Made by a program: the position numbers and the translations under genes | Source of the DNA: Octopus vulgaris | Lineage: Eukaryota | Direction of reading: 5' to 3' | Assembly: GCA_951406725.2 (NCBI GenBank) | Contig: OX597834.1 | Coordinates: 31,620,001 to 31,684,000, forward strand | DNA length: 64,000 nucleotides | Notes under the pieces: generated by a model | Database searches by the model: none | What the model was told of the DNA's origin: nothing | What the model saw: the letters and a program-made list of their open reading frames with translations, nothing else | Part shown: positions 12,031-24,242 of the stretch, one piece after another | Layout: every line of letters starts with the position of its first letter | Numbering within the stretch: position 1 is the stretch's first letter

Positions 12031-12819
12031 AGGGCTTCTTTTAGTTTCCATCTACTAAATCCAAATCCACTCAAAAAGCTTTAAACTCAGACACAACACC
12101 ACAAATTTGGATGGAGGCATATATAGCTGATGCATTCACACATAGTGCCCCAGTATATGACAGGTACTTGCTGTATCCATCCCCAAAAGGATGAAAGGCA
12201 AACACATGGACCTGTTTATCTCTCTTCCCACTCCACCAAAATAAAAGACATAGTTTCAACTGGGATTGAAACCACATTGCAAACTTAGTTAACTGGATAT
12301 CTTACCTCCTACCTAGCTTTCCTTGCCCTATTTTATGCAATATATACATTTATTTTAATCCATTTATTTCTTTTGTTTTCTAGAAAATTCTCTATTGTTT
12401 TTTTTTTCTAATTTTTTGTACTTTTGTATTCTTATATTATTTTATTAAAAAGTTAAGTCTTTGAGTTTTCGTTTTTTAGTGGGTGTTTTTTTCCTGTTTG
12501 TTTTATTCTTGTTTACATTTTGGTATTTAAAAATTTTTCTTTTATTTATCTTATTTAATTAGTTCTCCTCTCCTCCCCTACTCACCCACATATATACAGA
12601 CACATACAAGCACACACACATACATTCATATACATACACACACGCTTTCTCCACCCACCCTTTCTTCGATTTTAACACTACACAACTACCAAATTTTCAT
12701 ATGCGTTCTATTTTTTCCCTTTGTGTGTATATGTGTGTATACATACATTTATGTATATATATTTATTTTGATCATTTTATATATCTATAGATGTGTGTGG
12801 GTGTATGCGTGTGTGTGTC

Positions 12820-12864
<45 letters not shown>

Positions 12865-12998
12865 ATGTATTAATGTATATACATTTATATCTACCTATAA
12901 ACTTATTCATACATATGTGTGTGTTTGTGTGTATTATATCTATATATATCTATATCTATCTATTTATCTATATATATATATATAGATATATATCTATC

Positions 12999-13029
<31 letters not shown>

Positions 13030-13238
13030 ATGTGTGTTTATATATATATATATATATATGAACTCACAAATTCAAATACATAAATACGTGCACATATGTA
13101 ATTGTATATTGTGCAATTATATATACATACATACATGCATACATACACATATATATATATATATATATGGTGTTAATTATGTTCTGCTTATCCCAATATT
13201 GAGAAGAAAAACCCTAAAAAAAGAAAATATAGACACAC

Positions 13239-13314
<76 letters not shown>

Positions 13315-13399
13315 GAGAGAGATATGTAATATATGTATGTATATATATATGTGATATATTATATATTAGATTTTGGAAAAAAAATTATTTCTAATAATA

Positions 13400-13435
<36 letters not shown>

Positions 13436-13648
13436 TTTCTTCATAAATGTGATATCAAAAAAATTATTGAAAATGTTAATAATATATTAGAAGTCATTAA
13501 TAAAAAAAATTACGTATTTATATATCACACCCACCAGTCACAACACACACACACATAAAAATACACGCATACACATACATACAAAAACACATAAACCCAT
13601 ACACTTGTCCCCACACTTGTCCCCACACTCAAGCATATATATATATAC

Positions 13649-13691
<43 letters not shown>

Positions 13692-13743
13692 TATATGTAT
13701 ATATATATATATACATATATATATACATATATATATATGTATA

Positions 13744-13776
<33 letters not shown>

Positions 13777-14275
13777 GTATTATACATACATGCACACATG
13801 CACATATATATATATATGTATATATACACCCAGTCACAAGATGCAGCAGAATCCTTTAGTGTTTTCCATCACAATGGCTGTTTATCTTCCACATTAACAC
13901 ATCCAACATTCTTTGATGTTTTCAGGGTGATGTGGGGGTGGAGGGGAGGGGCAGAATATTATCCTCATCTCCAAATACGTATCAAAGAAAAAGCCCTTAA
14001 TGTATTTTCACTGTTGTTGTTGTTGTTGTCACAGTCATCGCTGTTTTTTTCTGTTGTTGTTGTTGTTTTTCATTTTCGTTCCCTATTCTTCTTCTTCCTC
14101 TTTCCTGGAAATTCTTTCGTTTCGTTTCTTTCTTTCTGTCTTTCTTTCCTTCCATCTTTTTTTGTTTTGTTTTGTTTGTTGTTTTGTTTGTTATTTTTGT
14201 TTTGATTTGTTTCCTTTTTTTAACTCGTTTATTTATTATTAATTTTTTTCTAGGTCATTTTCTTTTATTTATTAT

Positions 14276-14518
14276 TATCATTATTGTTGTTGTTGTTGTT
14301 TTTCTTCTTCCCCTTGGTCTTCTCCTTATTATTATTGTCATTATTATTTTCCTTATTATACTTATTATCATTATTATTCAGTTTTATTATTTCCTCTACT
14401 TCTTTTTCATCATCATCATCATCATCATCTTCATCATTATTGTTATTATTATTATTATCATTATTATTATCGTTATTATTATTATTGTTATTATTATTAT
14501 TAATATTATTATTATTAA

Positions 14519-14561
<43 letters not shown>

Positions 14562-14610
14562 GTTATTATTATTATTATTATTATCATTATTATTATTATT
14601 GTTGTTATTT
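14276..14610. repeat. Degenerate (ATT)n/(ATC)n trinucleotide tract
   Basis: Read directly. Confidence 0.9.
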
Positions 14611-15233
14611 TTATTAAAGTTTTCACTGTCACATGTAGCTTCCCATTCTTTAATATAAAAGGATGTGATGCAATTTCTGTTGATGTTGTTGTCTTTGTTG
14701 TCGTTTTTGTTATTGTTGTTGTTGTTGTTTTCTGTCGTCATTGAAGAAAACTTCAATAAAGAAGAGCAAGAACAACAATAACAAAAAGATGGCGGTTAGG
14801 TCAACCCCTAGAGTATTTTCATCATACTTTTACAATTCAACAATCCAATAAACAAAAAAAAAAAGAATAGATAAAATAACATGCAAAAAATAAAATAAAA
14901 ATGTTACGTTGTCCTCAAGACTGACAGCGACCCATGCCGTTATGCAGCTTGTCTAACACCATCGTCACCTACGTCACCTACGACATAATCAAAAATAAAT
15001 AAGAGGGGGGAAAAAAACCCAGCAATATAACAAAAAAAAAATATGGTGAATTCAATTATTGATTGATGTAGGTGCTGATATGGCTTAATGCAGTTAATTA
15101 TGAAAATTGAGATTGAGACTTGTGTGTGTGTGTGTAGCTTTAAAGATCATATTTGCATCCAAAAAATTGTCTTACGGACAAATATATATGTGTGTGTGTG
15201 TATATAAATACATGTGTCTGTGTGAAAATATAC

Positions 15234-15287
<54 letters not shown>

Positions 15288-15683
15288 TCTAAGAGGTTTA
15301 TGATGAATATGCAGGTTTAATATCCCAGCATGATTTCTAAAGCAGAAAAATTATTGCAATGATGATGTTTTTTAAGACTACGTATGGTTCAGTACATTGT
15401 AATATGCTTTAATATGAACATTTTGATGTATTAGCACTACTTCAAATTTATTTTATTTTATATAATATATAATGTGAGAATATAGTTTGGTGTCCCTTCG
15501 TATATAGATTGGGATTTAAAATGTTTGCTTTTGCTTATGTGCCTCTGTGTGTGAATGTGTGTGTGTATGCATGTGTGTGTGTGTGTGTGAGTAGGAATGA
15601 ATGAGTATGGTTGTCATCATTTTATCTATATGTAAGCAGGTATAAATTTGTCTCATTTATTCCAATCATTATATATATATATA

Positions 15684-15875
15684 TCATCATCATCATCATT
15701 TAACGTCCGTTTTCCATGCTAGCATGGGTTGGATGGTTCAACTGGGGTCTGGGAAGACAGGAGGCTGCACCAGACTCCAGTCTGATCTGGCAGTGTTTCT
15801 ACAGCTGGATGCCCTTCCTAACGCCAACCACTCTGTGAGTGTAGTGGGTGCTTTTTACGTGCCACCAGCAGAGGG
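15684..15875 (-). mobile_element. RTE 3'-end fragment
   Basis: Matches 10907-11095: (CAT)n TTAACGTCCGTTTTCCATGCTAGCATGGG...GGATGCCCTTCCTAACGCCAACCAC. Confidence 0.92.
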
Positions 15876-15971
15876 GCCATGGGTGACTGGTAATGTATGT
15901 GTGTGTATGTATATGTATGTATAAAGTGTGCATATGTATATATTTATGTGTGTGTATGTAAAATCTATATC

Positions 15972-16143
<172 letters not shown>

Positions 16144-16241
16144 TACATACATGCATACATACATACATACATACAGTGGTGTTAGCGCAGAAGAATGTGT
16201 GGGTGTATATTAGGGATTGTGTGAAATTGATCTAGACTTTT

Positions 16242-16276
<35 letters not shown>

Positions 16277-16526
16277 GACCTATGAATGAAATATGTGAGG
16301 GATTCAAGCTGGAACTATAATTAATGCTATTAGCTGGGGGTTTGTTAATATCTGGGGAGGTGGAAAGGCTGGAGTGGAGGGGTGGGGTGGGGTAATTCCT
16401 CGTGTGGAGGTGTTTGTAGATAAGTGTGCTGAGGATGTATGTGTGTATATGTGTGTATGTATCTATCTGTGTGTGTATTTGCGTGTGAATCTGTCAGTTG
16501 TTTGTGTGTACAGTTACATGTATGTA

Positions 16527-16579
<53 letters not shown>

Positions 16580-16757
16580 TCATACATACATACATACATA
16601 CATATATACATATGTGCATACATACAAAAAAATTGGTTTACATTAAATGTCATTATATATACACACTCACCTCCCCCCATATATATATATAAATAAGGTA
16701 TTTTTTAATATGCTGGCCATTGACAGAATTTTTTTTCGAAAAATTCTATCCTATATT

Positions 16758-16814
<57 letters not shown>

Positions 16815-17036
16815 TATATGTATAAATGTAAGATCCAGGGATCGAGGTGTAGGAAGAAAGTTAGCTTCAAGCAATCCATAGTGAATATAAAAAAACAGCT
16901 TTCAGGAACAATTTTGATTTATTGAGAGGGAAGGTTGCAGATTTTTTTTACCTTTACCGAAGAAGAATGAGCTGAGAAAAAGTTCTTTTTATATTCCTTG
17001 GTGGGCCACCAGGGTTGCTGAATGTGTGAAAAAGAA

Positions 17037-17260
17037 TACAAGAGTTACAGAATGGAGTATCGGAAATCTGGGCTATATATGTTTCATAAAGAATGGAACC
17101 TCAGAAGTGGTAAAATCCAAGTGAGGTGTATACCACCAGCTACACTTCAGAACAGTAACTGCAGTATACACCTCACCTGGATTTTACCACTTCTGAGGTT
17201 CCATTCTTTATGAAACATATATAGCCCAGATTTCCCATATTCCATTCCATAACTCTTGTA
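17037..17260. repeat. Near-perfect hairpin: 97-bp arms, 30-nt spacer
   Basis: 17037-17133 is the reverse complement of 17164-17260 with 5 mismatches counted by eye. Confidence 0.97.
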
Positions 17261-17295
17261 TATATATACACACACACACACACATATATATATAT

Positions 17296-17461
17296 CTGTC
17301 TTCCCTTCTCTGGATCTTTCCTTCTCCTATGTTTCCGACGAAGAGGTCCACTCGAAACGTTAAACCCTCCTTCTTTTCTTCTTTCCTGAGCATCCAATAA
17401 TACTATATTTGTTCCATGTCCTCGTGTTGTTGTGTTTTTTTGTGCTGTCTTGTTTGGATTA

Positions 17462-17466
<5 letters not shown>
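17296..17466 (+). mobile_element. Short (TA)n-flanked element with a minimal hammerhead-like motif (Penelope-like terminal fragment)
   Basis: GTTT-CCGACGA-A-GAG-gtcca-CTC-GAAA-CG-TT-AAAC at 17331-17365. Confidence 0.65.
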
Positions 17467-17507
<41 letters not shown>

Positions 17508-17852
17508 AAGAACACAAGTGGGTTAAGGTTCACTACAGCTGTTTCAGACATTTTTTTATTGATGAATAAACTGATTACATTATGAAAGAAAACCCTTTCC
17601 TTCAGGTGAATTAAAACCTAACATTTAAAATTTTTTAATTTAGTTCAAAAATACCAAGACATAGAATGAACTTTGACCCTTTCATTTTGACAAGTGAAAC
17701 AGTCTGTATATGGACACGTCTGTATATGTATGCCTGTGCTAATCTCAGCCCTTACTTGGTGTCCTTGTTTTTAAAATACTTTGATTCAAATGAATCCTAC
17801 AAACAATTAATATTATATATATATATATATATAATATATATATATATATAAT

Positions 17853-17991
17853 GGTGTTAGGAAGGGCATCCAGCCATAGAAACCAAGCCAAATCGAACTG
17901 GCACTTGCACCTGGTGCAGCTCTCTGGCTTGCCAGTTCCTGTCAAAACCATCCAACCCATGCCAGCATGGAAAACAGATGCTAAATGATGA
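17853..17991 (+). mobile_element. RTE 3'-end fragment
   Basis: GTGTTAGGAAGGGCATCCAGCC...CCAACCCATGCCAGCATGGAAAACAGATGCTAAATGATGAT. Confidence 0.88.
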
Positions 17992-18009
17992 TATATCATG
18001 TTAAGCCAG

Positions 18010-18180
18010 TAATCCCTACTCATTTTTTTCTCTCTCTATTTTTTTTCCTCTCATCCCTTTCCGTCAAAGAGCAAAGGCTTGAAATGTCAAAGACTTTTCC
18101 ATTCTTCCTGAATGTCAAATTAATACACCTCCTTGTTGTTCCTTCACCTGTCTTTGTCTTTTTTCTGTACATTTGAACTA
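18010..18180 (+). mobile_element. Short element of the same family as 48515-48652 and 57055-57218, with a degenerate hammerhead-like motif
   Basis: CTTT-CCGTCAA-A-GAGC-aaag-GCTT-GAAA-TG-TC-AAAG, followed by the shared downstream TAATACA...TTGTTGTT...CACCTGTCTTTGTCTTTT. Confidence 0.6.
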
Positions 18181-18205
18181 TATACATACATACATATATA
18201 TGTAT

Positions 18206-18500
18206 AAAAAATACAAACTGGGACAAGAATGCAAAACATTTTGATGACGACACAAAAAACACGGATGGGACATTCAAAGCCTTCAATCTGATTAATCTTG
18301 AGATTGCTTCAATCTGGCCAGCCCCAAGGAAAAGCTAAGCTAAGCGCACTAGATTCCTTGGGAGAAAGCTTCGAATGTATACAAAACAAGGACAGAAAAA
18401 TGGACGATGTTACATGAATATGAATACAAAAATAATACGTAAAAACAATAATAGTAATATTAATAACAATAACAGGACATCACGAACAGGCATCTTTCGA
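18206..18500 (-). repeat. Dispersed (TA)n-associated repeat sharing its end with 48825-49000
   Basis: Reverse complement GTTTTGCATTCTTGTCCCAGTTTGTATTTT versus GTTTTGCGTTCTTGTCCCATTTTTGTATTTT at about 48969-48999. Confidence 0.6.
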
Positions 18501-19273
18501 CTAGGACACACACCCACACACAGACACACATACAGACGCGTGCATACACGTGTGTGTGTGTGTACCATCAAGATCATTTATCTTCCATTTCCCATGCTCA
18601 ATGATGCAAACAGGATAAAATGTGCCAGAGAAACTACATTCAGTTGCAATGTCTGTGGTGGTAGGCTTCCTAAGGGTGGATGCCTTCAAAACACCAACCA
18701 TACGACAGAGCGTACTGGGTGCTTTGCCCATGGTATCAGCAGCAGCAATATCTGAGGGGTCATTAAGTAACTTGCAAGACAAGATCCCTCTCTAAGTGGG
18801 GGTACAGAATGAGGTGAATGAGGTGGGATTGTGCCAGGTGTATGCTAGAGGAACAGAAACATGCATCTTGCTCTAGGGGAGAGACCTGGCTGCGCTAGCA
18901 AGAAAGGGATGGTGGGGGTGTACCCTTAAGGTAGAAAATGGGGATAGAGGATAACTGGGGATAGAGGATCAGGGATGTGTAGATGGGTAGGTTTATAAGG
19001 AAATGAAAGGAGAATAGAGATGGTCACAGATGGGGACTAGAGGCAAATGCAGGGTGTAGTGAACATGGGTAGAGGTGTGGGCATTTGTTTCTTTCAGTTT
19101 GGAGGAGGAGGAGGAGGAGAAGGAGTGGGGTGGATGGAAATTGGTCAGCTTATAATGAAACCATAGACTGATGAAGAGTTTAGAGATGGCATAAAATGTG
19201 TGGGGGGGGAGAAGGAGGCACAGTAGTAGAGATGGAACTCAGAGGTGTATAGCTATAAGTATGTATATACATA

Positions 19274-19375
<102 letters not shown>

Positions 19376-19673
19376 TACATATATATACATCCATCCATCC
19401 ATCCATCCATCCATCCATCCATACATACATACATACATACATATATACATACATACATACATACATACATACATACATACATACATACATACATACATAC
19501 ATACATACATAAATATATACAGATATGTACATATATTTATACTAGTGTGTATGTACATATGCATGAATGCTTGTATGTAAATATTTACATGTATATATAA
19601 ATATGTACATGTGTTTCTGTGTATGTGTGTGTGTGTTTAAGTATGTATTTATTTATATATATATGTATGTGTG

Positions 19674-19708
<35 letters not shown>

Positions 19709-20109
19709 TATATACACATACATATATATATACATATATATATATATACACACACACACACATATATTAAATATATATATATATGCACTTATGCATGTCA
19801 ATGTACTGTACTAATTACTTTGTGTAATTTAAGTTTGCTGCCTCATTTCTGAGATCATACCCCACTGGGAGTGACTTCATATTTTCTTTCCCTCAGGGGT
19901 CCAATGAAATTGGCAGTCTTAGAATTTGTGGTTTGATTCCTTCGCATCAATTTTATATCTTTCTCATAACCAACGAAAAGCAAACTACATACACACATGC
20001 ATGTATACATGCATACACACACATGTGTGTCTGTGTGTGTGTATGTGTGCGTGTTTGTGAGTGAATAAATATATATATACATATATATATACATATATAT
20101 ATATATGTA

Positions 20110-20187
<78 letters not shown>

Positions 20188-20403
20188 TATATTTATATAC
20201 GTATATATAAATGTGTAAATATATCATATACAAATATGTGAACATATACAATCACCCTCATCATCATCCTCAGTAGCAGCAGCATCACCATAGTCATAAT
20301 CATCACCATTATACATCTGGGGAGTGGTTTCTTTCGTTCCTACATTCTAATATGGTGTCATATCTTAGATATTTAGCACACACACACACACATTATATAT
20401 ATA

Positions 20404-20450
<47 letters not shown>

Positions 20451-21473
20451 ATATAGATATAGATAGATAGATAGATAGATAGATACAGATAAATAGATTG
20501 ATAAACAGGCAGACAGACAGACCGACAGACAGACAGACCGACAGACAGACAGGCAGACAGACAGATAGATAGATAGATAGATAGATAGATATATAGACAG
20601 ACACACATGTATACACACACACACACACATATATATACATAATGTATACATACATCCAAACATATATATATATATATATACAATGTTTTTTAAATTTTCT
20701 CCTGGTTTACTGAATTAACTTTTATTTGCGGTTGAAGCTTTGGCTGTTATTTCTAGTGGGTGAATGGCCTATTATGGCCGTTCCTTTATTGTTGATGTTA
20801 TACAGATTATATATATATATACATACATATACACTTATACATACATACATTCTTATACATACATACACATATCTGTGTGTGTATATATATAGAGAGAGAG
20901 AAAGAGAAAGAGACACACACACATACACATACACACACACATACACACATACACATACACACACACATACACATACATGCTTGCAGATGTTCAAAGCAAA
21001 ACATTAGCCACAATTAACCCATATAATGAGTGCGTCCCCCTCCACCTTCTTCCCTCTTCCCCTCCTCCTCCCCCTCCAGCTACGTAAAGGTCTCTGACAA
21101 CAGCATAACACTATGTGACTTTTAAGGAGAAGATGTGTGTGTGTGTGTGTATGTAGGTCCATGTCTGTGTATGTGTGTTTGGTTGAATTAATTACTCCAC
21201 CTCCCCCAACTATTTTGTCACTGTTTATTCTAGCGATTCCCCATTTCCACTCCTAGGTGAAAGGATGAAATTATATAAAATTGTCCTTACCAAGATTTGA
21301 ACCCGGGACCACTTGTAAAGGTGGGGTGTTGGGCAGGCTAGGTGGGATTTGCAACTAAACACTACACAGCAACACATTCAGTACAGAACATCTCTGTTTC
21401 TTCCCGATCACTACCCCTTTGATAATAATAATAATAATAATAATAATGTACATTGTTTCATCTTGGTATAAAA

Positions 21474-21508
<35 letters not shown>

Positions 21509-21524
21509 TATTATTATTATTATT

Positions 21525-21675
21525 AGACATTCACTAGTACAACACCAAAAAAAAAACCCAAATATATGGCACACTAGGCATAACAACAGCGTGAACTTCC
21601 AACCTGTTGTCTCTTGAGGTCTCTGGGTGAGACTTGGAGCCAACTTGTACAGACATAAAGCAAAAGTCAAACATA

Positions 21676-21738
<63 letters not shown>
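21525..21738 (+). mobile_element. Probable Dong/R4 LINE 3'-UTR fragment ending in (TAA)n
   Basis: GAGGTCTCTGGGTGAGACTTGG...AAAAGTCAAACATAGAATAATAA; similar layout to the 3' UTR of the R4 remnant at 42.2-42.4 kb. Dong elements are known to target TAA repeats. Confidence 0.55.
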
Positions 21739-21740
<2 letters not shown>

Positions 21741-22227
21741 TACATTGTTTCGTCTTGGTATAAAAGTTGGGCTACAGCAAATGTTCTGCTCAATATCACA
21801 GATTTATCAGTTGCTTGACCTTAACCAGTTGAGCATGTCCCTTAGTGGCTGATGATATGTGCATCTCTGATCACGAGCAGAAGTAGTGGGGGAGCTTCAT
21901 AGCAATGCACTGAGAGGAATCCTCTGGGGTTTGGATAATTCACCTTTGGAAACTTGGGTGTTTCATTCAACATCCTTGAACAACCCTTATTCAGGGTCCT
22001 TTTGAATAGTTTGGGCTACTCGACCCGAAGAAAATTCTAACTAGGCCCCACCTGCAAGGTCATGCGCTACTTATCTTGATATGAGATGACCATGTCGCAC
22101 ACATATGTTTGTGATGCATGTGCCTGGTGTACCCTTATCAGACGGGTAGTCATGATGGGTATATTGGGCCTCGTATATTTGTAGCCCAGGGTCACTTAGA
22201 TGGCATTGCACTGCTCTTTCACTCAGT
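21739..22227 (+). mobile_element. Second copy of the 6118-6812 repeat, without the MITE, flanked by (TAA)n
   Basis: Colinear alignment by eye; the empty site reads AACATCCTTGAACAACCC. Confidence 0.8.
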
Positions 22228-22244
22228 AATAATAATGATAATGA

Positions 22245-22460
22245 TATTTTCTACTACAAGTAGTAGGCCTGAAATTTTATAGGGAAGGGGATAGACAGTT
22301 ATATCACCTCCCCCACTCCCTGTGCTTGAGTGGTATTTATTTTATCAACAACAAAAGGATGTAAGGCAAAGTCAACCTTGGCAGAATTTGAACTCAGGAC
22401 GTAAAGATGGAAAGAAATGCTACAAAGCATATTGTCTAACGCACTAACCATTCTACCAGT
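22245..22460 (-). mobile_element. SINE family B, diverged
   Basis: AAGGATGTAAGGCAAAGTCAACCTTGGCAGAATTTGAACTCAG. Confidence 0.8.
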
Positions 22461-22464
22461 TAAA

Positions 22465-22649
22465 CTATCTTCATCATCACCAACATCACCAACATCACCA
22501 TCATCATCATCATTTTTCATCATCATCATTATCATTATCATCACCACCATCATCACCATCATCATCATCATCATCATCGTCGTCATCGTCATCACCATCA
22601 TCATCATCATCATCACCACCATCATCACCATCACCAACATCACCACCAC

Positions 22650-22688
<39 letters not shown>

Positions 22689-22757
22689 TATCATTTACAT
22701 CACCAATACTGTCATTCCTACCACCATCATCGTCATCATCACCGTCATCATCATCAT
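22465..22757. repeat. Degenerate (CAT/CAC)n tract
   Basis: Read directly; similar tracts at 23670-23970, 28110-28640 and 29460-29815. Confidence 0.9.
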
Positions 22758-23938
22758 GCTGTAGCTTAAGCAGATAATTAATAAGAGTTAATTATCAAAG
22801 TAAAGTTTGTAATTGAAAAGTGTGACACTTGCTAAAGTTGGCACAGACACATACGCACGCATGCACACACACACATCCACAAACACACACACATACAGAT
22901 GCACACACACACATATACACACATGCACACACACACATCCACAAATACACACACATGCACACACACATACACACATGTGCACACATCCACAAATACACAC
23001 ACATGAATACACACATGCAGACACATACACACACATGCACATACACATACACATACACATGCACACATACATACACACATGCACACACATACACATCCAC
23101 TCATCCACATACACGCACATACACATAGAACTGCATCCACTTATAAGCGTATACACAAATGCACTCATGCATATGCATGCATACATACACACACATACAC
23201 ATACATGAACACACACACGTATCTAGGCATATACATTTACAGACATACACCAACATAGATACCCACACACACATGTACACACACACACTCACACACATAT
23301 ATATGCACATACAGACTTATACACTCACACAAATGCTTGAATATGTATACGTAAATATACACACATAAACACACCACAAATACATGCATACTCAGACATT
23401 GTAATGACAAGATGGCCATAGGTCGTTTGGTTAACGAGTTTAATTAGTGCTCTAAATTAGTTGAAGTAAATTCTCAGTGAATCAAGCCAAACAGACTGTT
23501 TTCTTAAACTTTGTCTTTCATCACTGGTGTTCCTGGTTTAGGCATGAACGCCACACACTCACCCTTACACCTCAAATGCCATCTGGTGACTTAGGACCTG
23601 ATGTTGTAGTTGTTGTTGTTGTTCTCATTCTTATTGGTCAGTCCCTAGATCAATTCTGATTGAACCAGCCATCACTATCACCACCACCATCACTACCATC
23701 ATCATCATTGCTGTCAGCACCACTGCCATCGTTATCATCACCATCATCATCATCATCATCTTCCTCATCATCATCACCATCATCATCATTATCATCATCC
23801 TCATTGTCATCATCACCGTCATCACCTTAATCATCATCATCACCACCACCACCACCACCACCACTGCTATCATCATCTTTATCATCATTGCCATAGTCAC
23901 TATCATTATAATCATCATCATCGTCATCGTTGCTATCG

Positions 23939-23970
<32 letters not shown>

Positions 23971-24204
23971 GTTGTTTCTACATCTACTTTTCTATGCTTA
24001 CATGGGTGAGATGAAATTCATTCATGCAGATTTTCTATGGCTGGATGCCCTTCCTGTCACCTGCTTCCAAACCAGACAATATTCTCCTTTGGGTGGACAT
24101 GTTTTCATAGAAGACTGGAAATGAGTGACACTGCTTGTTTGAGGGTGATACTCACTCACATCTATAATACAATATCAATGACACACACAGCCATGCTTGT
24201 GCAC

Positions 24205-24241
<37 letters not shown>

Positions 24242-24242
<1 letters not shown>

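Noticed and set aside
19893-19985. Acceptor-like TTTTCTTTCCCTCAG|G on the + strand
   Set aside because: No good downstream donor or recognisable peptide; insufficient evidence on its own.
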